Notes: generated by a model from the letters alone, not told the origin. 29,152 nt of DNA from an uncultured delta proteobacterium (GCA_963765675.1 CAVXXK010000016.1:1-29152); one strand, 5' to 3'; positions 1 to 8,493 are shown, numbered from the stretch's first letter. Numbers and translations are program-made.

Positions 1-670
1 CCCTGAAGATGATGATCGCGGGCCGGGACGAATCTGACGCCGGCATCATCCATACCATCATCGCGATGATCCAGCCCGCGAATAGTCCACGGAGCAGCAC
101 GGTGGCCCATTTTCCTTTTACGGTGAGCATCGCGACTTCCGCGAACGCTGCGTGAACTTCCGGCCTGAAGACATCAGTTCTGCCGATCGTATTGCCTATC
201 GCGGTAGGGATCAGGAAGGCGCCCACGCGATCATTCCCGCGCCGAACACGTTCGCGATGAGGACGATGCTCCACAAGCGGAGCATGGCCCACGGGGTTTT
301 TCGGTCTCGATTGGTAAGCAGCGGAAGCATGACGGTCAAAGTATTTTCAGTGTAGAGATGCTGACGGCCAAGAATCACTGCAAGGAAGCCAACTGTATAG
401 CCGAAATCGGTGATCAACGATCGCCACGGAGTATCCGGCAGACGAGAGTATAAGTCCCATCGCGGCCAGCGAGAAACCCATCGAAAGTCCCGCTGCGACA
501 CCAGACCAGATCAACGCGCTAGCCGGGCGCCGCAGCTCCGCTTCACCTTCGGTACGAATTGCCTCGTGGATTACCGCCGCTCGCAACGCGCTGCGTTCTT
601 TCGCTACGTGCCTCTCGGATGCGGAAAGGTCTCCGGCTGAATCGCCGATCTGCTCTTTGTCAGTGGACAT
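1..670 (-). pseudogene. YfdC-type formate/nitrite transporter (FNT) family gene with two frame disruptions; runs off the window edge
   Basis: Three frames join into one YfdC-like protein: EGEAELRRPASALIWSGVAAGLSMGFS (347..670 ORF), then GYTVGFLAVILGRQHLYTENT (211..501 ORF), then RTDVFRPEVHAAF...LRGLFAGWIIAMMVWMMP (1..187). The frame changes near 450 and at a 32-nt insertion at 188-219. Confidence 0.8.
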
Positions 671-676
671 CCGGCA

Positions 677-2986
677 CTACCGTCTTAAAGCGGAGCTATC
701 CCGCGCAACCGCGATCGCGGCCTGTCCGAGACTGACCCCGCCGTCGTTGGTTGGAACATTGTGATGGGTGAGCGTGCGAAAGCCTTGTTCCTTGAGCGTA
801 CGCACCGTCCGGTTCAAGAGAAGCATATTCTGAAAGACGCCGCCGCTCAGTGCTACCGTGTTATGTCCGGTGCGCGAGCGAACAATCCGGCACGTATCGG
901 CGATCATTTGTGCCAGCGTGTTGTGAAATCGAGCGGCAATTATTCCGATTGACACATTGTCGCGAAGATCTTCGACAACGGCACGGATCAGATCGGTTCC
1001 GCGCGGCAGCAACGCTTCGCCCGGATCGATATCGATCTCGTAGGAGGACGACTCGGACGCGATCGCATGCTGCTCAAGCTCGACTGCGGCCTGGCCTTCG
1101 TAGTCGATCGAATCGCGAATACCGAGTATCGCCGCAACCGCATCGAACAGCCGCCCCACGCTTGAGGTTGCCGGCGAATTAATTGGCGCACGAGCAAGCT
1201 GTACCACCTTGCGCCAGCGCATGGAATTGCGCTGAAACACCTCCAACCATTCGGGAATGGAATCGCCGAAAAGCAGATCAAGGTAGGCGGCCGCCATCCG
1301 CCACGGCTGTTTGATTGCGGCGGCGCCGCCAGGCATCAAAACGTTCTCGAAATGGCCAAGTCGCTTGAAGCATTTTAGATCGGCAACAAGAAACTCACCG
1401 CCCCAAAATGTCGAATCGATCCCATAGCCGAGTCCGTCCAGGGCTACCCCTATCGCAGGACCCCGCTCCTGATTGTCGGCCAGGCATGACGCGACGTGCG
1501 CGTGGTGATGCTGAATGCCGATCAGTTGGACACCCTCGAGCTCCATGGCGTACTTGGTGGAGAGATATTCAGGATGCAGATCATGCGCGACTACCTGCGG
1601 TTCGATTCCGAACAGGCTGCGAAAATGATCGATGCCATCGACGTAGGCCCGCAAGGTTTCGTAGTTTTCCAGATCGCCAATGTGATGCGACACAAAGGCA
1701 CGGTTGCCCTTCACCAGACAAAAAGTGCTTTTCAATTCGGCGCCGCAGGCAAGAACCGGGCGGCGGGCACTGAGCGGTGTCAGCAGCGGCTGAGGCGCAT
1801 AGCCGCGCGACCGGCGAATCGGATACTCCTGCCCGCGAACCAGTCGAATGACAGAATCATCGGTGCGGATGTGAATTGGTCGGTCGTGGATCAGGAAGCA
1901 ATCCGCAATAGCGCCCAGCCGCTCAGCGGCGTCGGCGTCGAGGTAAGCGATCGGTTCGTCGGAAACGTTTCCGCTGGTGAGTACGAGCGGTCGGGCGAGT
2001 TCCGCACACAGCAGATGATGGATCGGCGTATACGGCAGCATGAGGCCGATATCGCGATTGGCCGGGGCTACCGACGCCGCAAGATTTGTGTCCGCGACGC
2101 GGTGCAGAAGCACGATCGGCCGCCGCGCACCCGTTATCGATTGTTCTTCGACGCTATCGATTTCGGCTAGTTCACGTGCCGCGGCTATATCGCGCACCAT
2201 GACCGCGAACGGCTTGTGCTCGCGATACTTACGCCCGCGTAGCTCGGCGACCGTGCTTTCATTAGTGGCGTCTGCCGCAAGATGGAATCCGCCAAGTCCC
2301 TTGACCGCAACTATCTGCCCAGATCGCAATCGATCAGCGGCAGCCCGAATCGGATCTCCGGCAACGGAATTCCCGCCGCAATCGATCAGCCGTAACACCG
2401 GGCCGCATCGCGAACATGAGACAGGCTGCGCATGAAATCTCCGGTTCAGCGGATCGCTATATTCGCGAGCGCATTCGAGACACATCGCGAAGCGCGCCAT
2501 GGTGGTGAGCGGGCGGTCGTATGGCACACCAGTCACAATCGTGAAGCGCGGGCCGCAGTTGGTGCAGTTGTTGAACGGGTAGCGAAAGCGGCGATCACTG
2601 CGGGTAAAAATCTCTCGCACACAATCGTCGCAGGTGGCGATATCCGGTGCGACCAAAACTTCGCGATCGCCCGCGCCGTCGCTTTCGTTTATCTCGAACC
2701 GGCCTTCACCGGCCAAAGGGATCGCCAGGCTCTCGATAAGCTCTATAGCCGCGAGCGGCGGCGCTTCCGACTGCAATTTATCGATAAACTCGTAAAGTTG
2801 ATCCTGCGCTCCCTCGACTTCGATCACAACGCCGCGCGAATCGTTGCGTACAAAACCCGACAGCGCTATCCGCGAGGCCAGCGAATACACGAAGGGCCGA
2901 AAGCCGACTCCCTGCACGATACCGTCGAGGCGGATGCGCACGCGCGCTCGTCGATTGGCGCGCGCAGAATCGATTCCAGCGTCCAT
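677..2986 (-). CDS. hypF: Carbamoyltransferase HypF (full length)
   Basis: Acylphosphatase GIVQGVGFRPF, zinc fingers CDDC/CTNC/CLEC/CSRC, YrdC-like KGLGGFHL, and Kae1-like HDLHPEY, QHHHAH and NDGGVSLGQ. Confidence 0.98.
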   Translation of the reverse strand: MDAGIDSARANRRARVRIRLDGIVQGVGFRPFVYSLASRIALSGFVRNDSRGVVIEVEGAQDQLYEFIDKLQSEAPPLAAIELIESLAIPLAGEGRFEINESDGAGDREVLVAPDIATCDDCVREIFTRSDRRFRYPFNNCTNCGPRFTIVTGVPYDRPLTTMARFAMCLECAREYSDPLNRRFHAQPVSCSRCGPVLRLIDCGGNSVAGDPIRAAADRLRSGQIVAVKGLGGFHLAADATNESTVAELRGRKYREHKPFAVMVRDIAAARELAEIDSVEEQSITGARRPIVLLHRVADTNLAASVAPANRDIGLMLPYTPIHHLLCAELARPLVLTSGNVSDEPIAYLDADAAERLGAIADCFLIHDRPIHIRTDDSVIRLVRGQEYPIRRSRGYAPQPLLTPLSARRPVLACGAELKSTFCLVKGNRAFVSHHIGDLENYETLRAYVDGIDHFRSLFGIEPQVVAHDLHPEYLSTKYAMELEGVQLIGIQHHHAHVASCLADNQERGPAIGVALDGLGYGIDSTFWGGEFLVADLKCFKRLGHFENVLMPGGAAAIKQPWRMAAAYLDLLFGDSIPEWLEVFQRNSMRWRKVVQLARAPINSPATSSVGRLFDAVAAILGIRDSIDYEGQAAVELEQHAIASESSSYEIDIDPGEALLPRGTDLIRAVVEDLRDNVSIGIIAARFHNTLAQMIADTCRIVRSRTGHNTVALSGGVFQNMLLLNRTVRTLKEQGFRTLTHHNVPTNDGGVSLGQAAIAVARDSSALRR

Positions 2987-2991
2987 CGGCG

Positions 2992-3276
2992 TCAGCTCGA
3001 GGCCCGTAATTTCGGAGGAATCATCTCCGCAAGTGGTAGCACTTCGTACCGCGCGACGTTATAGACCGGCGACCGCGCGAGCAGCATATCCAACTCTTCG
3101 TTGGAGTCGACCTCGTATATCCAGGCGCCGCCATGCGCTCCCGGAATATGGTAGCGCGAGAGAACTTTGTGGCTTTTCTCCAGTGGCCCAGCGTAGTCGG
3201 CCATCTTGAGAACCGCATCGACGACGCCGCGCGACATCAGCGAAAGTTCGATTCGCCACATGACCAGGAATTTCAT
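2992..3276 (-). CDS. Muconolactone delta-isomerase-like / DUF3303-like small protein (dimeric alpha+beta barrel)
   Basis: MKFLVMW start, then G..GG..IYEVDSNEELDMLL..SP......EVLPL, a pattern typical of this superfamily. It lies 7 nt after the second hypC and 5 nt before hypF. Confidence 0.7.
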   Translation of the reverse strand: MKFLVMWRIELSLMSRGVVDAVLKMADYAGPLEKSHKVLSRYHIPGAHGGAWIYEVDSNEELDMLLARSPVYNVARYEVLPLAEMIPPKLRASS

Positions 3277-3283
3277 CGGCTTC

Positions 3284-3607
3284 CTATTCTTCCTCCGCTC
3301 CCGAATTCGAGCGTGTCATAAGCATTCTCTCCCAATCGAATTCGGTGTTCTCACTCGCGAGCCCGTCGTCATCCATAGGCGGACCGCCGGTATAGCGATT
3401 AAGCAGTTCCATTTGCGCTCGAGCGCGCTCCTCGTCGATGCGCTCGATCGCGAATCCGGACTGAATCAGCACCCAGTCACCGACGGATGGCCGGTCCGCG
3501 AGAATTCCGAGGTTGATCTTGCGCGTAACATCGGCGACCTCGACCTCGCCAAGATCGCAATGTTCCGTCTCGATCGAAATGATTCGCCCCGGAATTCCCA
3601 GGCACAT
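3284..3607 (-). CDS. hypC: HypC/HupF family chaperone, second copy, with an acidic C-terminal tail
   Basis: Start re-set to the ATG at 3607 gives MCLGIPG. VGDWVLIQSGFAIERIDE has Gln at the usual His position. Confidence 0.88.
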   Translation of the reverse strand: MCLGIPGRIISIETEHCDLGEVEVADVTRKINLGILADRPSVGDWVLIQSGFAIERIDEERARAQMELLNRYTGGPPMDDDGLASENTEFDWERMLMTRSNSGAEEE

Positions 3608-3627
3608 TAGTTTTTCCAGTCCCGTCG

Positions 3628-4806
3628 TCAGCAGATGCGCGGCAACGGATCTCCGATCAACAGATCCAGAATTCGAGTACCGCCAAAGCATGTCTTCAGC
3701 AGCACAATCCCCACCGGGTCGGCTTTCACTCGGCCGATGATGCTCGCGCCGTCGCCATAGGGCCCGGAGCGAATCGCCGTTAGGACTGCTTGCGCGGATT
3801 CGTCGCCGACGATTGCTACCAGCCTGCCTTCGCAGGCGACGTGAAGCGGATCGATTCCCAGAAGTTCACACGCGCCGGCTACTTCTTCACGAATCGGCAC
3901 GGCGGATTCATCGATCATAATAGCGACTCCCGAAGCCGCCGCGATCTCGTTGAGTACGGTCGCGACGCCGCCCCTGGTCGCGTCACGCATGCATCGCGCC
4001 TGCGGTGCCGCATCGAGGATCCGCTCCACCAGCGCGGCCAGTGGCGCCGTATCCGATGCTATATCGGCTTCGATTTCAAGCTCACCGCGCGCCAGCATGA
4101 TCGTGATCCCGTGCTCCCCGATCGGCCCCGACACAATCACCGCGTCGCCGGGACGGCAGCTCGCGGCGCTGAGGCTCACCGGCCGGTCGATCACGCCGAC
4201 GCCCGAGGTGTTGATGTAGCAGCCGTCGCCTTTCCCTCTTTGCACCACCTTGGTGTCGCCGGTGACGATTTGCATGCCGGCGGCCTGTGCCGCGGATTTC
4301 ATCGAGGTGACGATGCGGCTCAGATCACTAATCGGAAATCCTTCTTCGAGAATGAATCCTGCCGACAAGTAGAGCGGGCGGGCTCCGCCCACCGCGAGGT
4401 CGTTCACCGTTCCGTTTACCGCGAGGTCGCCGATATTTCCGCCAGGAAAAAACAGGGGCGAGACTACGAACGAATCTGTGGTAAAGGCGAGCCGTGCGTC
4501 CCCCACGTGCAGCACCGCTTGATCTTCCATCGCCTCCAGGATCGGATTGCGAAAGCCTTCGAGGAACATCGCCTCGATTAGCGAGTGCGTCGCTTTGCCG
4601 CCGGCTCCGTGTGCGAGCGTGATACGGTCCTCACGGATGCGTGCTTTCCTGGTCCTGGCACCCTCAAGCCGCGCAAGCACGTCGCGCTCCGTGATGCTAC
4701 GTAAATCGTTGGCGGCGTGGTTATGATTCGCGCAGTTTTCGCGAATCGCGTCTTCGGCTCGATCGCCAGACAGAGGATTCGCATCGATGGTGTTTAGCTT
4801 TTGCAT
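3628..4806 (-). CDS. hypE: Carbamoyl dehydratase HypE
   Basis: LAHGAGG, FTTDSFVV, GDTKVV, MRDATRGG and C-terminal LPRIC. The exact start is uncertain because of an N-terminal extension. Confidence 0.97.
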   Translation of the reverse strand: MQKLNTIDANPLSGDRAEDAIRENCANHNHAANDLRSITERDVLARLEGARTRKARIREDRITLAHGAGGKATHSLIEAMFLEGFRNPILEAMEDQAVLHVGDARLAFTTDSFVVSPLFFPGGNIGDLAVNGTVNDLAVGGARPLYLSAGFILEEGFPISDLSRIVTSMKSAAQAAGMQIVTGDTKVVQRGKGDGCYINTSGVGVIDRPVSLSAASCRPGDAVIVSGPIGEHGITIMLARGELEIEADIASDTAPLAALVERILDAAPQARCMRDATRGGVATVLNEIAAASGVAIMIDESAVPIREEVAGACELLGIDPLHVACEGRLVAIVGDESAQAVLTAIRSGPYGDGASIIGRVKADPVGIVLLKTCFGGTRILDLLIGDPLPRIC

Positions 4807-5948
4807 CGTGCGTCAACCGGGTTCGTACCATTCGCGGCGTCGCGAATTCTCTCGCGGGTAAACCGGCCGTAGTTGTAGTACGCGGCACACGCGCCTTCCG
4901 ACGACACCATGCAGCTGCCGATCGGCGTTTCAGGGGTGCATGCGGTTCCGAACACCTTACACTGCCACGGCTTCAACACGCCTTTGAGGACCTCACCACA
5001 CTGGCATGCCTTCGGATCGGCGATGCGCACTCCCGGCAACGCAAAAATTCGCTCGGCGTCATACTCGGCGTAGGCCGCCCGCAACGTGAGCGCTGAATAC
5101 GAGATAAAACCGAGGCCGCGCCACTCGAAGAACGGCCGCAGCTCCATGGTCTCGCTCAAAGCTTTGAGCGCGCGGGAATTGCCGTCCCAGTTCACGGCGC
5201 GCGTGTACTGATTTTCAACTTCAACGCGCCCGTCCGTTATCTGTTTGAGGATCATGTAAATCGATTGCAAGATGTCGAGCGGCTCGAATCCGCCGACCAC
5301 GATCGGTTTGCCATAGTTGCGCGAGATGAATTCATAAGGACGGCATCCGATTATCGTCGACACGTGACCGGGCCCAATAAAGCCGCTGAGCCGCAGGTCG
5401 GGCGAATCGAGGATCGCCTTGATCGCCGGAATGATAGTCACGTGATTGCAGAAAATCGAAAAGTTTTCGATTCCCTCAGCTTTCGCGCGCAGTAGAGTGA
5501 CCGCGGTCGACGGCGCAGTGGTTTCGAAGCCGATCGCGAAGAACACCACGCGCTTATCCGGATTGCGTCGCGCGATACCGAGCGCGTCGAGCGGCGAATA
5601 GACGATCCGGATGTCCGCGCCGCGCGCCTTCGCGTCGAGAAACGATCCGCGTCCGCCTGGCACCCTCATCATGTCGCCGAACGACGTGAAAATCACATCT
5701 TTCTGCTCCGCGATAAAGATGGCATCGTCCAGACGGCCCATCGGGATCACGCAGACTGGGCATCCGGGGCCGTGAACCAGCGTGATATTTGCCGGCAGGT
5801 AATCTTCAAGTCCGTGCTTGTAGATGGTGTGAGTATGGCCGCCGCACACTTCCATGATTTGATAGGGCCGACTTCCCGCGACCTCCGCGATTTGGGCGGC
5901 CAGCCGGTGCGCCAGCGGCTCGGAACGGAATTCGTCGACAAATTTCAT
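4794..5948 (-). CDS. hypD: Hydrogenase maturation scaffold HypD
   Basis: MEVCGGHTH, GPGCPVCV, GFETTAP, PGHVS and C-terminal Fe-S cysteines including CMVSSEGAC. Confidence 0.98.
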   Translation of the reverse strand: MKFVDEFRSEPLAHRLAAQIAEVAGSRPYQIMEVCGGHTHTIYKHGLEDYLPANITLVHGPGCPVCVIPMGRLDDAIFIAEQKDVIFTSFGDMMRVPGGRGSFLDAKARGADIRIVYSPLDALGIARRNPDKRVVFFAIGFETTAPSTAVTLLRAKAEGIENFSIFCNHVTIIPAIKAILDSPDLRLSGFIGPGHVSTIIGCRPYEFISRNYGKPIVVGGFEPLDILQSIYMILKQITDGRVEVENQYTRAVNWDGNSRALKALSETMELRPFFEWRGLGFISYSALTLRAAYAEYDAERIFALPGVRIADPKACQCGEVLKGVLKPWQCKVFGTACTPETPIGSCMVSSEGACAAYYNYGRFTRERIRDAANGTNPVDARCKS

Positions 5949-6628
5949 CGTGCTTCACTCGCCGGGTCGAGAAACGCCTGCGTCACTTCCCAGAGCATGT
6001 GGTAGATGGTGGTTTGGACTTCCTGGATACGATGTACGGAGGGCGAGGGCACTATGAACAGGAAATCCACAGTGCCAGCTTCGGCCATCTTTCCGCCATC
6101 GTAACCGGCGCTTCCGATAGTCATCATTCCGCGGCGATTCGCTGCCTCGAAGGCATTGAGGAGGTTGCGGGAATTGCCACTCGTTGAAAGGCCGAGCGCG
6201 ATATCGCCGCGGCGCCCCAACGCAGAGAGTTGGCGCGCGAATACCATTTCGAATCCGATGTCGTTACCGAGCGCCGTGATTACGGCGATATCCGCCGCGA
6301 GCGAAATCGCCGGTAGCGGCAGCTCGCGCGCTGGATTAAGAAACAAATGCGTAACCGCGTGCGCGTCGGTCGCGCTGCCGCCATTGCCGAAGGAGAACAG
6401 CCGGGCGCCGGCGGCGAACGCATAGGCCATCGCTTCTCCGCAATCGAGCATCCGATCGGAGAGCGCCGCAATAGTGGATTCGCGAAGAGATACTATTTCG
6501 CGGGCCTTGTGCGCGGTCGAAGTGCCCACCTCGGCGAGAACCTTTTCAACGTCATCCGCTTTCGCGTAAAGGAACGGATACAGCTGCTCGAGCCCTCCCG
6601 CGCCGTCTTTTTCGCCATTGCCGCTCAT
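5945..6628 (-). CDS. SIS-domain GmhA (phosphoheptose isomerase)-like protein, copy A
   Basis: GNGGS, GNDIGF, LSTSGNS and RIQE..TIYH are present. The His/Glu of the DAxHxxxE motif are absent (DAHAVTHL). Confidence 0.9.
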   Translation of the reverse strand: MSGNGEKDGAGGLEQLYPFLYAKADDVEKVLAEVGTSTAHKAREIVSLRESTIAALSDRMLDCGEAMAYAFAAGARLFSFGNGGSATDAHAVTHLFLNPARELPLPAISLAADIAVITALGNDIGFEMVFARQLSALGRRGDIALGLSTSGNSRNLLNAFEAANRRGMMTIGSAGYDGGKMAEAGTVDFLFIVPSPSVHRIQEVQTTIYHMLWEVTQAFLDPASEAR

Positions 6629-6846
6629 TTGATCAGTTTTGCTATCGCTTCGCGCGCGTGCACCAGAATCGAATCGCCCGGACCTGCGTCGACCAGCGCG
6701 ACACTCACGACCTCGATTTCGTCGCCAATCTCCACCCGCGCGAGATCGTCATCGAGCATCTCGATCACACGAGCTTCGATCGCGACGTCCGAGCAGGTAA
6801 TGCATACCTGGTCGTGACATTCTGGCGTTTTCGGAACCGCACGCAT
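6625..6846 (-). CDS. Atypical HypC/HupF-like OB-fold protein with a CITC motif
   Basis: ATG at 6846 with GAGG upstream. CHDQVCITCSD...VSVALVDAGPGDSILVHA resembles the HypC core but lacks the N-terminal Met-Cys. Confidence 0.8.
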   Translation of the reverse strand: MRAVPKTPECHDQVCITCSDVAIEARVIEMLDDDLARVEIGDEIEVVSVALVDAGPGDSILVHAREAIAKLIK

Positions 6847-6862
6847 CAGTTTAAGAACCTCA

Positions 6863-7504
6863 TTAGGCGAAGCTGGGGCCGAAAACACCCGGATGCTCGA
6901 AGAACACATGAACTAGCTCCCACAAGATGTGGTAGGTCGTCACCTGAATTTCCTTCGCGATCATCCGGTTGTCAGAATGTGCGATGAATTCGAAATCGAT
7001 CGCCGACCCGCCGCCGGGATGCTCGCTGGCGGTCATCGCGATCGTCAGAAGATTCCGCTCCTGCGCCGCCTGCAGGGCGCGCAGGACGCTTGCCGACAGT
7101 CCGCCCGAATCGATGCCAAGGGCGATATCCTCGGGCGCAGCAAGATGGTGGAGCTGATGCACGAACGCATCGTCGAAGCCGCGCGCGCTCGCGACACCGG
7201 TGATCGTGGCGACGTCGTTAGTGAGTGCGATCGCGGGAAGTGTACGTTTGCCGACGATCACCGGATGAAGGAATTCCACGGCGACGTGTTGTGCGTCGGT
7301 GCTCGATGAACCGGCGCCGAATACGATCAGCTTGCCACCGCGATGAAATCGTTCGGACATCGCATGGCACGCGCGGGCCACCCGTTCCGCATCGCGCGTG
7401 AGCAAACGACCGGCCTCAGATCGGCACGCGAGCGAACGGATCAGGCGTGCGCGCGCCGCGTCGCGGCTGTCAGTGCTCGCTCTCTGATAGAGAATGCTCG
7501 CCAC
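6863..7504 (-). CDS. SIS-domain GmhA-like protein, copy B
   Basis: GGKLIVFGAGSSSTDAQHVAVEF, LPAIAL, DIALGI and KEIQVTTYHILWE. The GTG start overlaps the hypC stop. Confidence 0.88.
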   Translation of the reverse strand: MASILYQRASTDSRDAARARLIRSLACRSEAGRLLTRDAERVARACHAMSERFHRGGKLIVFGAGSSSTDAQHVAVEFLHPVIVGKRTLPAIALTNDVATITGVASARGFDDAFVHQLHHLAAPEDIALGIDSGGLSASVLRALQAAQERNLLTIAMTASEHPGGGSAIDFEFIAHSDNRMIAKEIQVTTYHILWELVHVFFEHPGVFGPSFA

Positions 7505-7782
7505 TAGGCAATCTCGCTTTTCTCGAGGGCGCGAAGCTCGTCCGAATACGCGCTGTCCATTCCGTTTAGGAGCTTGAGCGTGGCCTCGGCTTCCTGTTCA
7601 TCGATTTTGCAGAGCGCGAACCCAACGTGAATCAGCACCCAGTCGCCGACCTGTACCGGGGAGGATTGGTCCTCGAGCAGTTGAATCGAAACGTTGCGCC
7701 TTACGCGGCCGACTTCGGCCTTGGCGATCGCCCGGTCGGCGTCGACGATTTCGATTATTTTCCCCGGTATTCCAAGGCACAT
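7504..7782 (-). CDS. hypC: Hydrogenase chaperone HypC (canonical copy)
   Basis: Start re-set to the ATG at 7782 (AGGAG RBS). MCLGIPG...VGDWVLIHVGFA. Confidence 0.95.
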   Translation of the reverse strand: MCLGIPGKIIEIVDADRAIAKAEVGRVRRNVSIQLLEDQSSPVQVGDWVLIHVGFALCKIDEQEAEATLKLLNGMDSAYSDELRALEKSEIA

Positions 7783-7873
7783 CGCGAATCGTCTCCTTGC
7801 CCCACCCAACCCGCGCGCTTGAGCATCAAGCGTGCTCGGACTTTCACAGAAGCATGCCGAAGCGCTCGACGCC

Positions 7874-7981
7874 CTACATCCGGCTGATGCGCACGTAGCG
7901 CGCGATATCCGGAATAGAGATCACGACGAGCACTCCAACAACGACCGCCACGGCGATTAGTATGCCTATGACACAGGACAT
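7874..7981 (-). CDS. 35-aa single-pass membrane microprotein (resembles the DUF6893-type PDIxRYxRxxxM family)
   Basis: Read directly from the sequence: AGGAGG RBS, then MSCVIGILIAVAVVVGVLVVISIPDIARYVRISRM-TAG. It is below the ORF-track size cutoff and fills the gap between the protease and hypC. Confidence 0.85.
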   Translation of the reverse strand: MSCVIGILIAVAVVVGVLVVISIPDIARYVRISRM

Positions 7982-8004
7982 CACGCCTCCTTGTGAGTTC
8001 CCAT

Positions 8005-8493
8005 TTAGCCTGAAGAAACGGAAACGCTAGCCATCCGTCCTTCAACAATTTCGCGCACTGCGCGGATCGCGTTAGGAATCGCGCGGCTCACAGGTTCGGA
8101 CAATCCTATTTTCTCGCCGAGGTCGGCGGGCTCGCATCCGACTATCAGAACACGCGGCGGCATGCTGTTTCCCAGCGTGCGAACCATAGCGAATACGTTA
8201 TCGAGAGCCATGTCGTGCGAGTCGGAAACGGCGCCGCATCTGACGCCTTCAAGATCCGGTTCGATGACGTAAATAGTTCCGGGCGCGGCACCGCGAGAAA
8301 CCGTATCGACAATGATCACCAGGTCATAGCCGGCGATAAGCTCGTAAGCGAGATGAACTCCGCGAATGCCGAAATCCGTGACGCTGACATCTGTGGACCA
8401 CATTTCGCAGGCGAGACGGCGCGCCACCTCGACACCGAATCCGTCGTCGCCAAGAAAAATATTACCCACGCCGGCGATCAGCACTCGATTCAT
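8005..8493 (-). CDS. Hydrogenase maturation endopeptidase (HupD/HybD/HycI family)
   Basis: GVGNIFLGDDGFG, IIVD, PGTIY, DSH, GCEP and GLSEPV. Confidence 0.95.
   Translation of the reverse strand: MNRVLIAGVGNIFLGDDGFGVEVARRLACEMWSTDVSVTDFGIRGVHLAYELIAGYDLVIIVDTVSRGAAPGTIYVIEPDLEGVRCGAVSDSHDMALDNVFAMVRTLGNSMPPRVLIVGCEPADLGEKIGLSEPVSRAIPNAIRAVREIVEGRMASVSVSSG

Noticed and set aside
5945-7504. Calling either SIS gene a true gmhA for LPS heptose synthesis
   Set aside because: Each lacks part of the catalytic set, and the context is hydrogenase maturation with no hldE/gmhB/waa genes
7755-8048. 97-aa minus-strand ORF between the protease and hypC
   Set aside because: It overlaps both neighbours and has no motif; the 35-aa ORF at 7874-7981 with a strong RBS explains the gap better
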